Shown here: one piece after another, positions 30,624 to 41,037 of the stretch
How positions within the stretch are numbered: position 1 is the first letter of the stretch
How the letters are laid out: every line of letters starts with the position of its first letter
NCBI RefSeq assembly: GCF_009914755.1
Contig: NC_060925.1
Origin: the human T2T-CHM13v2.0 reference genome, Homo sapiens
Reading direction: 5' to 3' (one strand)
Length of the DNA stretch: 64,000 nucleotides
Translations under genes and position numbers: made by a program
The notes under the pieces: model-generated
What the model was told of the DNA's origin: nothing
What the model saw: the letters and a program-made list of their open reading frames with translations, nothing else
Databases searched by the model: none

Positions 30624-30693
30624 GAGGAATTAGAAGGTCTTCATCTATGTCTTATGTTGATGGCTTCATAGGGACATGGCCCAAAGAGAAAAG
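30624..30693 (+). CDS. CAMSAP2: CAMSAP2 coding exon (70 nt): (G)GIRRSSSMSYVDGFIGTWPKEK
   Basis: aAG acceptor after T-tract, AAG|GTAAAC; phase 1-2. Confidence 0.92.
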
Positions 30694-31015
30694 GTAAACA
30701 AAGAGAATTACTTTTAGTGTATTCAGATTATTAAGAAATGCAAATTGCATCTGTGTCTCTCTTTTATTGATAACCAAATTGCTAAAACTTTTAATTAGTT
30801 CCTAAATTTGAAAAAGGCAGTATAGGCAGATGATAGAGATGTAAAAGAGGCTAACTTTAAAAAGTAGCTAGATAGCCCTCCCCTTACCTTGAAGACAGTA
30901 TGATTATGAGAACTGGGGAAAGAAAGGAAATGTAATTTCAAATAATTCTTGTTAAATGATACTAAAAATCATTTCTAGGATTTTTAAAGGATTTTTCTCT
31001 TTAACTTTTTTTTAG

Positions 31016-33218
31016 ATCATCAGTGCATGGCGTATCATTTGATATTTCTTTTGATAAAGAAGATAGTGTACAGAGATCCACTCCAAACCGAGGAATCACT
31101 CGTTCTATTAGTAATGAAGGACTTACTCTGAACAACAGTCATGTATCTAAACACATTAGGAAAAATTTGTCCTTCAAGCCAATAAATGGAGAAGAGGAAG
31201 CAGAGAGCATTGAAGAAGAACTTAATATAGATTCTCACAGTGACCTCAAATCTTGTGTGCCCCTTAACACAAATGAACTAAATTCTAATGAGAATATTCA
31301 TTACAAGCTTCCAAATGGAGCTTTACAAAATAGAATACTTCTTGACGAGTTTGGCAATCAGATCGAGACACCAAGCATTGAAGAAGCATTACAAATAATT
31401 CATGATACTGAAAAATCTCCTCATACACCTCAGCCAGACCAAATTGCTAATGGCTTCTTTCTTCATAGTCAAGAAATGAGTATCTTAAATTCAAATATCA
31501 AGTTAAATCAATCTAGTCCTGATAATGTAACTGATACGAAAGGTGCCTTGAGTCCCATAACTGACAATACTGAAGTAGACACTGGAATTCACGTTCCTTC
31601 AGAAGATATTCCTGAAACTATGGACGAAGATTCTTCGTTGAGAGATTATACTGTAAGCTTGGACTCTGACATGGATGATGCATCTAAATTTCTTCAGGAT
31701 TATGATATTCGAACTGGCAACACCAGGGAAGCTTTGAGTCCTTGTCCAAGTACTGTAAGTACCAAGTCTCAGCCAGGCAGCAGTGCTTCTTCTAGTTCTG
31801 GAGTTAAAATGACCAGCTTTGCTGAACAAAAATTCAGGAAACTGAATCATACCGATGGAAAAAGTAGTGGAAGCAGTTCTCAAAAAACTACACCAGAAGG
31901 CTCTGAACTTAATATTCCTCATGTGGTTGCTTGGGCACAAATTCCAGAAGAAACAGGGCTTCCACAGGGACGGGACACTACCCAGCTGTTGGCCTCTGAA
32001 ATGGTGCATCTTAGGATGAAACTAGAAGAAAAGAGGCGTGCTATAGAAGCCCAGAAAAAGAAAATGGAAGCTGCTTTTACCAAACAGAGACAGAAAATGG
32101 GAAGGACAGCATTCCTTACTGTAGTGAAAAAGAAAGGGGATGGGATATCTCCTCTACGAGAGGAAGCGGCGGGTGCAGAAGATGAGAAAGTATATACTGA
32201 TCGAGCAAAAGAAAAGGAATCACAAAAAACTGATGGACAAAGGAGCAAGTCACTGGCAGATATAAAAGAGAGCATGGAGAATCCTCAAGCCAAATGGCTA
32301 AAGTCTCCAACTACACCTATTGATCCTGAGAAGCAGTGGAACCTGGCAAGCCCCTCAGAAGAAACTTTAAATGAAGGAGAGATTTTAGAATATACCAAAT
32401 CCATTGAAAAGTTAAATTCATCCCTGCATTTTCTACAACAAGAAATGCAACGCTTGTCACTTCAGCAGGAGATGTTAATGCAGATGAGAGAGCAACAATC
32501 TTGGGTGATTTCACCTCCACAACCCTCTCCACAGAAACAGATTCGAGATTTTAAGCCTTCTAAGCAGGCAGGCCTGTCATCAGCCATTGCACCATTCTCC
32601 TCAGACTCCCCTCGTCCTACTCACCCATCTCCACAGTCTTCTAACAGGAAAAGTGCATCTTTTTCTGTTAAAAGTCAAAGGACTCCTAGGCCAAATGAGT
32701 TAAAAATAACACCTTTGAATCGAACCTTGACACCTCCTCGGTCTGTGGATAGCCTTCCTCGGTTAAGGAGGTTTTCACCAAGTCAAGTTCCTATTCAAAC
32801 TAGGTCATTTGTATGTTTTGGGGATGATGGAGAACCTCAGTTAAAGGAATCCAAACCTAAAGAGGAAGTTAAAAAGGAGGAATTGGAATCCAAAGGGACT
32901 TTGGAACAGCGTGGACATAATCCAGAAGAAAAGGAAATCAAACCTTTTGAGTCAACAGTCTCTGAAGTCCTATCACTGCCTGTCACAGAGACTGTATGTC
33001 TGACACCAAATGAGGACCAATTGAATCAACCCACAGAACCCCCTCCTAAACCCGTTTTCCCACCCACTGCTCCAAAAAATGTTAATCTGATTGAAGTTTC
33101 CCTCTCAGATTTGAAACCCCCTGAAAAGGCTGATGTACCTGTTGAAAAATATGATGGAGAAAGTGATAAAGAACAATTTGATGATGACCAGAAAGTATGC
33201 TGTGGATTCTTTTTTAAG
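31016..33218 (+). CDS. CAMSAP2: CAMSAP2 giant internal exon (2203 nt): katanin-binding IEEALQIIH motif, CC1, CC2, Pro-rich/microtubule-binding region
   Basis: Matches 733-aa ORF 31023..33224; tAG 31014-5, AAG|GTGTAG; CC1 LRMKLEEKRRAIEAQKKKME, CC2 IEKLNSSLHFLQQEMQRL; phase 2-0. Confidence 0.98.
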
Positions 33219-34179
33219 GTGTAGTATTAATCTGCATAGTTTTGGGCATCTTCATTAGATGAGTGTGGTTGTGTTGGATATTTTTTTTTTCAGTTGACAT
33301 GCTTGCTTCTTTCAGTAGCAGTCCCTTTTGATACAAGTTCATCCCCATTAACTATAGTAACATTCAAGCACACTGTGGTTTCCAGTATGGACTCAAAGCT
33401 GTAATAAATCCTTTTATCACATGTTTAGATGTATTCCTTGGTTTTGCTCCTCTACTGCTCTTTCTCACTCACAAAAGCCTTTTAAAAATTAAGCTACTCA
33501 GATCTCTTCAGAGAATGATTCCATTTTGTCTCTTAATCATGTAACACTGCCATTTTTTTTAACAGAATGCTACTGTAGACACTAATAGATATTAAAATTT
33601 ACTGCCTAGAGACTCTGTTCCTTGCAGAGGAAGGGAAACAAAGGGGAAGAAAATCATTAGTATAAAACAGGCAGTACCTCTGTTGCTTCATTTCTATTCC
33701 ATTTATTTACACATCTTCACCACCCCATTACTCATCTGTTGGACTATGGTTACAGCTTCTTGACTGGGCTGTCTGTCTCCAATCATGCCATTCCAGTCTT
33801 CATACTGCTACTAAAGGTGATAGTTCCAAGAGCATAGCTCCAATTGAGTCTCTTTCTAGTCAAAAATCTTGCCTGTTGAATAAAGTTCAAACCCTTTAGC
33901 ACAACATTCAGGGACTTTCACAGATGAACCTAAATCTTTTTGTCTAGCTTCTTCCCCATAATTTTATTTTGTATTGTTCTTTAAGATTAACTTCAAGCTT
34001 CATCTAAAGCCTTTTATAATTCCTTCAGTCGAGGTCAAATGTTTCATCATTTGTGTATCTATTGTATCCTTAAATATACTCATACCTGTCCTGTGTCCCG
34101 GAGTTTTCAACTGTTTTGTATGATTTGCTTTGTCTCTTAGACCATGACCTCCTAGAGGTGCTGCATCTTTTTATTTTTA

Positions 34180-34508
<329 letters not shown>

Positions 34509-35524
34509 TAATAAAGTGTCTGGCAAACTACAATATATGTAATTTGATAGATGAAGACATATGAATGTTTGAACTAATTGCTTGAATGGTATCTTCTGAC
34601 TTTCTCCATTCAGAGTTAAATCTCTCTCTGGGTTTCCATACAAAGCCTGTTGTTTGTACCTCTTCTCCTTGTGATTTTTTAGGCTCCTTGACCTGAGGTA
34701 CCATATATTTTAATATATGTAATATCTGACACTATGTTGTGAGTATGTTAGACACCAAAGAAATGTTTATTGAATTAAGCATTGGCAGGGACAGTTGACA
34801 AGGAGACATTAAGACAGTGAACCACTTCTACAACAGCTTGTTACTTTGCTGAATTCTGAAGCATTTTGGAAGCCCGCTGAGAACTAGGGCTGTCCCTAAG
34901 GATTCAGGTAGAAACTAGGGCAGGCCCAGGAGGCCTATAGATAATGAACTAGCTCTCAAATTAAAAGTACTGTAGAAGGGAAGTATAATCATCCCCATCT
35001 TTTCTTCAATGGAAAAATGTTCATTATAGTTCAGAACCTATCAAGCAGACTGTCAGTACCTCAACTTAAAATCATGCAGCAATAGTTTCATTTATGTGCT
35101 ACAACATTGGGTGGCTAATTTTGGGATGTTTTTACTTGAGGTATTTTTACTGAGCTTATATTTTAAATAAAATTTAAATGCAATTTTAAAAATTGGTGGG
35201 GGAACTACCTACTGTAAGTTATTAAATTAGGGTTAAAAAAAATTTGTGCTTTTTTGTTTTGTTTTTATGGTTGTTCTTTGCAAATCTCATAGGTTTTGAC
35301 AGAGTGTAATTAAATAAGTTTGCCTGTCCTCTTTTTTGATGGAACTGTTACCACTGTAGTTCCGTTCTTCCTTCATAATTTCTCAACCACATCCACATTC
35401 AGAAGGGTTGTAATAGTTCAAACTTTCAGTTATAGGACTAACCACAAAATGTGACTACAACAATTGAAAATGAGAATATTGGTACCTAAAATGTTTGATC
35501 GTTTTCAATGAAATTCGTTCTTAG

Positions 35525-35661
35525 GATGATCAAAAAGCAGAAAATGATATGGCAATGAAACGGGCAGCTTTGTTGGAGAAAAGATTAAGAAGGGAAAAGG
35601 AAACTCAGCTCCGGAAACAACAGTTGGAAGCAGAAATGGAGCATAAGAAGGAGGAAACAAG
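35525..35661 (+). CDS. CAMSAP2: CAMSAP2 coding exon (137 nt): DDQKAENDMAMKRAALLEK...KEET, CC3
   Basis: tAG acceptor, AAG|GTAAAG; phase 0-2. Confidence 0.95.
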
Positions 35662-35983
35662 GTAAAGGAAATTGCTGGCCCAGTGCTAGATCTGAACTTT
35701 AATGATGCATGGGCATATTTAGAAAAAGTTGGTAAGTACTCAAAGAGGTGGTCTCTCATTAATTTTTATTAACAGATTTCTTTCAGAGAAGTTTGTAGTA
35801 TAGATAGACAGCTGGATCAATGCTATTTTTTGGTGCTTTGTAGAAATCAATTTATTTTCCCAAAGTATTGCCTAATTTTATATTTTTATCTTAAGTTTAA
35901 GGCATCTCATGGGAAAGTTCTCTAGAAACATTAATTTAAATAATTATATGTTTAAAAAACATTAAAATAACTTTCCTGGGAGA

Positions 35984-36008
35984 TACACACACACACACAC
36001 ACACACAC
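35984..36008. repeat. (CA)n microsatellite
   Basis: Directly visible. Confidence 0.95.
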
Positions 36009-36252
36009 GACCTAAATTATCTCAAATACCTTTATTTTTATTTATTTATTTGACTCTTCCTTCCCTCCTTTATTTACTTATTTATGCTTAATCCCATGTC
36101 TCAGCAGAATCGTCAAGTACCTTTTAAATGAACCATTTATTCACCAAGGTGATGAAATAGAATTCTCCTTTCTCATATCAAATACATAACTCTCTCCTGT
36201 ATGGTTTGTCTTTGGTATGCAGAATAAGAACTGTAACCATTTGATTTCTTAG

Positions 36253-36473
36253 GCGTAAAACTGAGGAAGAACGTCAGAAGAAAGAAGATGAGAGAGCACG
36301 CAGAGAATTTATTAGGCAAGAATATATGAGGCGGAAACAACTGAAACTAATGGAAGATATGGATACAGTAATTAAACCCCGTCCTCAAGTAGTAAAACAA
36401 AAAAAACAGCGACCAAAATCTATTCACAGAGATCATATTGAATCCCCCAAAACACCAATAAAGGGTCCTCCAG
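36253..36473 (+). CDS. CAMSAP2: CAMSAP2 coding exon (221 nt): RKTEEERQKKEDERARREFIRQEYMRRKQL...KGPP
   Basis: tAG acceptor, CAG|GTAACA; phase 2-1; overlaps ORF 36326..36616. Confidence 0.95.
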
Positions 36474-36959
36474 GTAACATAGCTTATTATGAAGAGTCTG
36501 TTCATAAAAAACACCAGCTTGATTGGTTTGTCATACTAACTTGGTTGTACTTTGATGTGCAAAATTGGATACACAGTTTGAGATTGTGCATGCTCCCTTT
36601 TGGAAAACCAAAATGAGCAAATGAAGTTTTTAATAAATTAAATGTATTATGTGTGCATGCATATATTCAGTAGAACAAATGTGAATGCTAAAAATCAAAT
36701 CTAAATATTAATCTATTAGGGAACTGTGCCCTCAGATATAATCTCCTTGAACTATTAACTGCCCTTTACATACTTATAAATTTAAATAAATGTTATATGC
36801 ATGAAATGTACAAGAAACATGTTGGTATAATAAGGAATGCAAGATCAAGAGTTCACAAGTCCCTCCTTCAAGATAGAAATGGTTGAAAATCCAAACTTAT
36901 AATATCTGGAGTTGAGAGAATATATTTTCTTTAAAAGTCAGTATACATACTCATTATTA

Positions 36960-37259
36960 CTATTATTATTTTTTGAAACGGGGTCTCAGTCTGTTGCCCA
37001 GGCTAGAGTGCAGTGGTGTGATCATGGCTCACTGCAGCCTCCACCTCCCTGGGTTCAGGTGATCCTCCCACCTCAGCCTCCTGGGTAGTTGGGACTACAG
37101 GTGAGTGCCACCATACCCAGCTAACTTTTTTGTATTTTTTGTACAGATGGGGTTTCTTCATGTTGTTCAGGCTGGTCTCGAACTCTTGGGCTCAAGTAAT
37201 CTGCCTGCCTTGGCCTCCCAAAGTGTTAGGATTACAGGTGTGAGTCACTGCGCCTGGCC
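36960..37259 (-). mobile_element. Alu (AluJb-like)
   Basis: Reverse dimer; TSD atactc(a/t)tt. Confidence 0.92.
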
Positions 37260-37794
37260 ATACTCTTATTTTTAAAAAAATCTTGGGGGGCAGGGATAAA
37301 TTCGTAAAAATAAAAGAAATCTTTATTAAAACCAAATGCCATGGAAATTTTTTAGAGAATTCTCATAGTTATACTAAACCTGAGGAAAAATAACATAATA
37401 TTGACTGTTTAAAGAGAACTCTGTTTTCAAGCCTGTAAAACTAATTGATATAATTTTCTACCTAGAATTTAGATATTATGAAATTTTTTTTTGTTATTGT
37501 TTTTTTCTTTAGGATCACAGTATCACGTCTCATATTAACACTTTCCTTTTGGAACGCAAGTTAGTTTTATCATTGTTTCCTAAAAGTAGGTTCCTTGCTA
37601 ATTTTAAATAAATTGTGTATATATGCATGCAAGCATATTATGTGTTTAAAAGTACAGAGAAAAGGAAAAGAAACTACAGAAGCTCAATTTTTATATGCTG
37701 GTGTTATCTAATGAACAGACTCTTTGCTAGTTGCTCCTTTTAAATTTCTGATTTTGTTTTTATTCAGGATCATGAATTTATCGTGTTTTTTCAG

Positions 37795-37867
37795 TCTCTA
37801 GCCTTTCTTTGGCATCGCTGAACACGGGTGATAACGAGAGTGTACATTCAGGCAAGAGGACGCCAAG
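37795..37867 (+). CDS. CAMSAP2: CAMSAP2 coding exon (73 nt): (V)SSLSLASLNTGDNESVHSGKRTP
   Basis: cAG 37793-4, AAG|GTAAAT; phase 1-2; SSLSLAS motif of CAMSAPs. Confidence 0.92.
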
Positions 37868-38571
37868 GTAAATCTATAACGTATGAATATTTTTACAGAA
37901 AAGAATATAGTACCTGCAATTATACAAACTCTAAGTAAAAATTCTTCAGTGTTTTTACATTTTATAATGACCAAATCATAATCACAAATTTTACTAAGTT
38001 TTGCTGACTTAGGACTGTTAGAGTTTCTGTTAAAATAAATTATGTAAAGAGGTGTCTATTCATCTTTCAGTGCTTGTCTTTTAGAATTTAGAATTATTGA
38101 CATTGATAACATACTTTTTATAAGCTATGAAACATTAACAGTAATTATACATCAGTAATTGCTAACATGATTATTAAATCACAGTCAGTAGAATGAGAGT
38201 ACCAACTTCTCTAGTCTATTACCAACTAAGACAAAGGAGTTTTCCCCATTAGAATAATTCCAAAGTGGGTTGCCTATGACTTAGGAAGGATCTCTTTTGT
38301 ATTTTCTTTCTCTAGGATTCTTTCTCTAGATTAGAAGCTAAAAGTCAGTATTTTATTACTTTATACTATAATATCATATCAGAAAAGAACATTTCTAGTG
38401 ACAGTCATCATCTTAGAGTTCTTATCTTTGTATTACCATCCTTTGTGTTATTTGCCAGTTTTCACATTGAAAAACATTCACTCTTTCAACAGATATTTAT
38501 AGAATGCTTACTATGTTCTAGGAACTTGGATGTGTAGCTGCGAATAAGACAAACAATGTTATATTATTTTT

Positions 38572-38872
38572 TATTATTAATTTTTTTTTTTTGAGACGGA
38601 GTCTTTCTCCATTGCCCAGGCTAGAGTGCAGTGACACGATCTCGGCTCACTGCAACCCCTGCCTCCTGGCTTCAAGTGATTCTTCTGCCTCAGCCTCCTG
38701 AGTAGCTGGGATTACAGGCGCGTACCACCATGCCCAGCTAATTTTTGTATTTTTGGTAGAGACGGGCTTTCACCATATTGGCCAGGCTGATCTCGAACTT
38801 CTGACCTTGTGATCTACCTGCCTCGGCTTTTCAAAGTGCTGGGATTACAGGCATGAGCCACCGCGCCCGGCC
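38572..38872 (-). mobile_element. Alu (AluS-like)
   Basis: Reverse dimer with polyT. Confidence 0.95.
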
Positions 38873-38987
38873 TTATCATATTATTTTTAGGCCTTTAGGT
38901 TGATTTTGATTGTTACTTTCACGTATACCCTCTGGGCCCCATTTTTTCTCTGTTTGAGACATAAAACATATTTTATTTTCTAATTAG

Positions 38988-39103
38988 ATCAGAGTCTGTA
39001 GAAGGCTTCTTATCTCCAAGTCGTTGTGGCAGTCGAAATGGAGAAAAAGACTGGGAGAATGCATCAACAACTTCTTCAGTGGCTTCTGGAACAGAATATA
39101 CAG
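38988..39103 (+). CDS. CAMSAP2: CAMSAP2 coding exon (116 nt): (R)SESVEGFLSPSRCGSRNGEKDWENAS...TEYT
   Basis: tAG acceptor, CAG|GTTAGT; phase 2-1; DWEN...EYTG motif preceding CKK. Confidence 0.95.
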
Positions 39104-40283
39104 GTTAGTGTCTATACATTTTTAGAGAAACATTTGAATTTAACACACTCATAAATGGAGGGTGTACTAAAGAAAATTTTATTGGCTCACCTTTGGGTCT
39201 TAAACATAGGCAACTAATAAACAGTGAATGCAGGTGGTCACTTTCAGGTAGTTCAGTAAGTTTCTAAACAAAATTAGTGATGCTACTTATATCTCATCCC
39301 TCTAACCAATGCTGGCCATTTCTGTGTGTAGTTTGGGTCCGAAGAAGTTTTAGAGAAGTTCTACATAGTTCCTCAGTACTGAGTAAAGGCTAGAATCCAC
39401 CAAGTCCTCTCCCTAATACTGGGATTCCAGGTATCCAGAATTGTGCACCTTTAGCAAGTATTAAGAGGCTCTAAAAGATAAGAATGCATTGAATCTAGGA
39501 AGGTATCTAGCCTCACATATCGCCACCAAGTCCTCTTCTAGCTTCTAGGTAGGCATGATTGGAATAAAAGCAATGAAGAATAGAATGTGGGTTAAGGACA
39601 CTTCTAAATAAATGAAGCAGGAGAGAAATCAGAAGAAATGTCAGCAGCACGTTGAGAGGTAAGATAGGAAGGCATGGGAGAACATGTATGGGGAAGAGCA
39701 GAGGGAAAAGGAGATGCCTCCATCTATCCATGATAGAGTGGAAGTGGAAACCCTAGAAAGGCCTAAGGAGGTTAGAACTTGCTAGAGACCCACTCTGTGG
39801 CTTTTAATACTACCTCCTACCGCCAGTCTGACAGCCTTTAAGGCCTGGGATTTGACAGTATTTCCATGTTACTCACTCTGCTTCTCTATGTTAGTTCAGT
39901 TGAACAATCTGAAAAAGAAAGCTTTTTTTTGCCTTTTGAAAAGACTTAAATTACTCATGGACCCATTCTACTCTAAGCTAACCAGTAACCGTATAGATTT
40001 AAGAAAGAAGGTTAAATAGGCAGTATGACAGTTATAGCAATATTTTATTTTTAGTACTGCTCTCACAGGGTACTCCAAAAGGCCATAGGAACATCCTCCA
40101 TATCTCTGGGTGGATAAAACAATGTTTTGGTTGGATTGCAGCCAGTAAGAGGCCTTTAAGCACAGAATTTGGTCTTCTATTACAATATTTCAGCAGTGTA
40201 GGAACAATTACATCATTTTAAAATAGTAGTATTTCTGACTTAGGAATGTTATTTTTATTATTGTTGTTAAATCCCTACCATAG

Positions 40284-40402
40284 GACCAAAGCTCTACAAA
40301 GAACCCAGTGCAAAATCCAATAAGCACATAATACAAAATGCTTTAGCTCATTGCTGTTTGGCTGGAAAAGTAAATGAAGGTCAGAAGAAAAAAATACTGG
40401 AG
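40284..40402 (+). CDS. CAMSAP2: CAMSAP2 coding exon (119 nt): (G)PKLYKEPSAKSNKHIIQNALAHCCLAGKVNE...LE, CKK N-half
   Basis: tAG acceptor, GAG|GTAAGC; CKK domain signature. Confidence 0.97.
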
Positions 40403-40731
40403 GTAAGCATGTTTGCATGAAAATTAAATTTGGCAAACTGTAGAAGTCTTTTATCCATTCAAGAGAATGTACTCTCATGGGCCTAGACTTTCAACAGCAT
40501 GTAAAAAGATCTGTAGCTAGATGTTTTAATTATCAGATTTAGTTTATTTTCACATTAGGTTCTGGAAGCCTGCAGATTTTATTAAAGACTAGCAATAGGC
40601 TTTAAGATTTGTCATTGAAATAATGTTATAAAATGTGACTAAGAAACGTAACATAATTATATAAACTTTATTCAGCAAAATAAAGGGTTTTTATTCGTGT
40701 TGTTATGTTGTTTTTGTTTTTTATTTTAAAG

Positions 40732-41037
40732 GAAATGGAGAAATCAGATGCCAACAACTTCTTAATCTTGTTCCGGGATTCAGGATGCCAGTTCAGATCT
40801 TTATACACTTATTGCCCAGAAACTGAAGAAATCAATAAACTGACTGGGATAGGCCCTAAATCTATCACTAAAAAAATGATTGAAGGACTTTACAAATATA
40901 ATTCTGACAGGAAACAGTTTAGCCACATACCCGCTAAAACTTTATCTGCCAGTGTTGATGCAATTACCATTCATAGCCATTTATGGCAGACCAAAAGACC
41001 AGTAACACCCAAAAAACTTTTACCCACTAAGGCATAG
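40732..41037 (+). CDS. CAMSAP2: CAMSAP2 last coding exon: EMEKSDANNFLILFRDSGCQFRSLY...KKLLPTKA*, CKK C-half
   Basis: aAG acceptor 40730-1; in frame with ORF 40705..41037; ILFRD.GCQFR.LY and KY.SDRKQF CKK motifs; TAG stop. Confidence 0.97.
   Translation, partial: EMEKSDANNFLILFRDSGCQFRSLYTYCPETEEINKLTGIGPKSITKKMIEGLYKYNSDRKQFSHIPAKTLSASVDAITIHSHLWQTKRPVTPKKLLPTKA

Noticed and set aside
31035-32532. Antisense ORFs (64-136 aa) over the large exon
   Set aside because: Shadow frames of a long coding exon, with no independent signals
31023-33224. 733-aa ORF as a stand-alone gene
   Set aside because: Begins at GTG 7 nt after a splice acceptor and ends just past a donor; it is an internal CAMSAP2 exon
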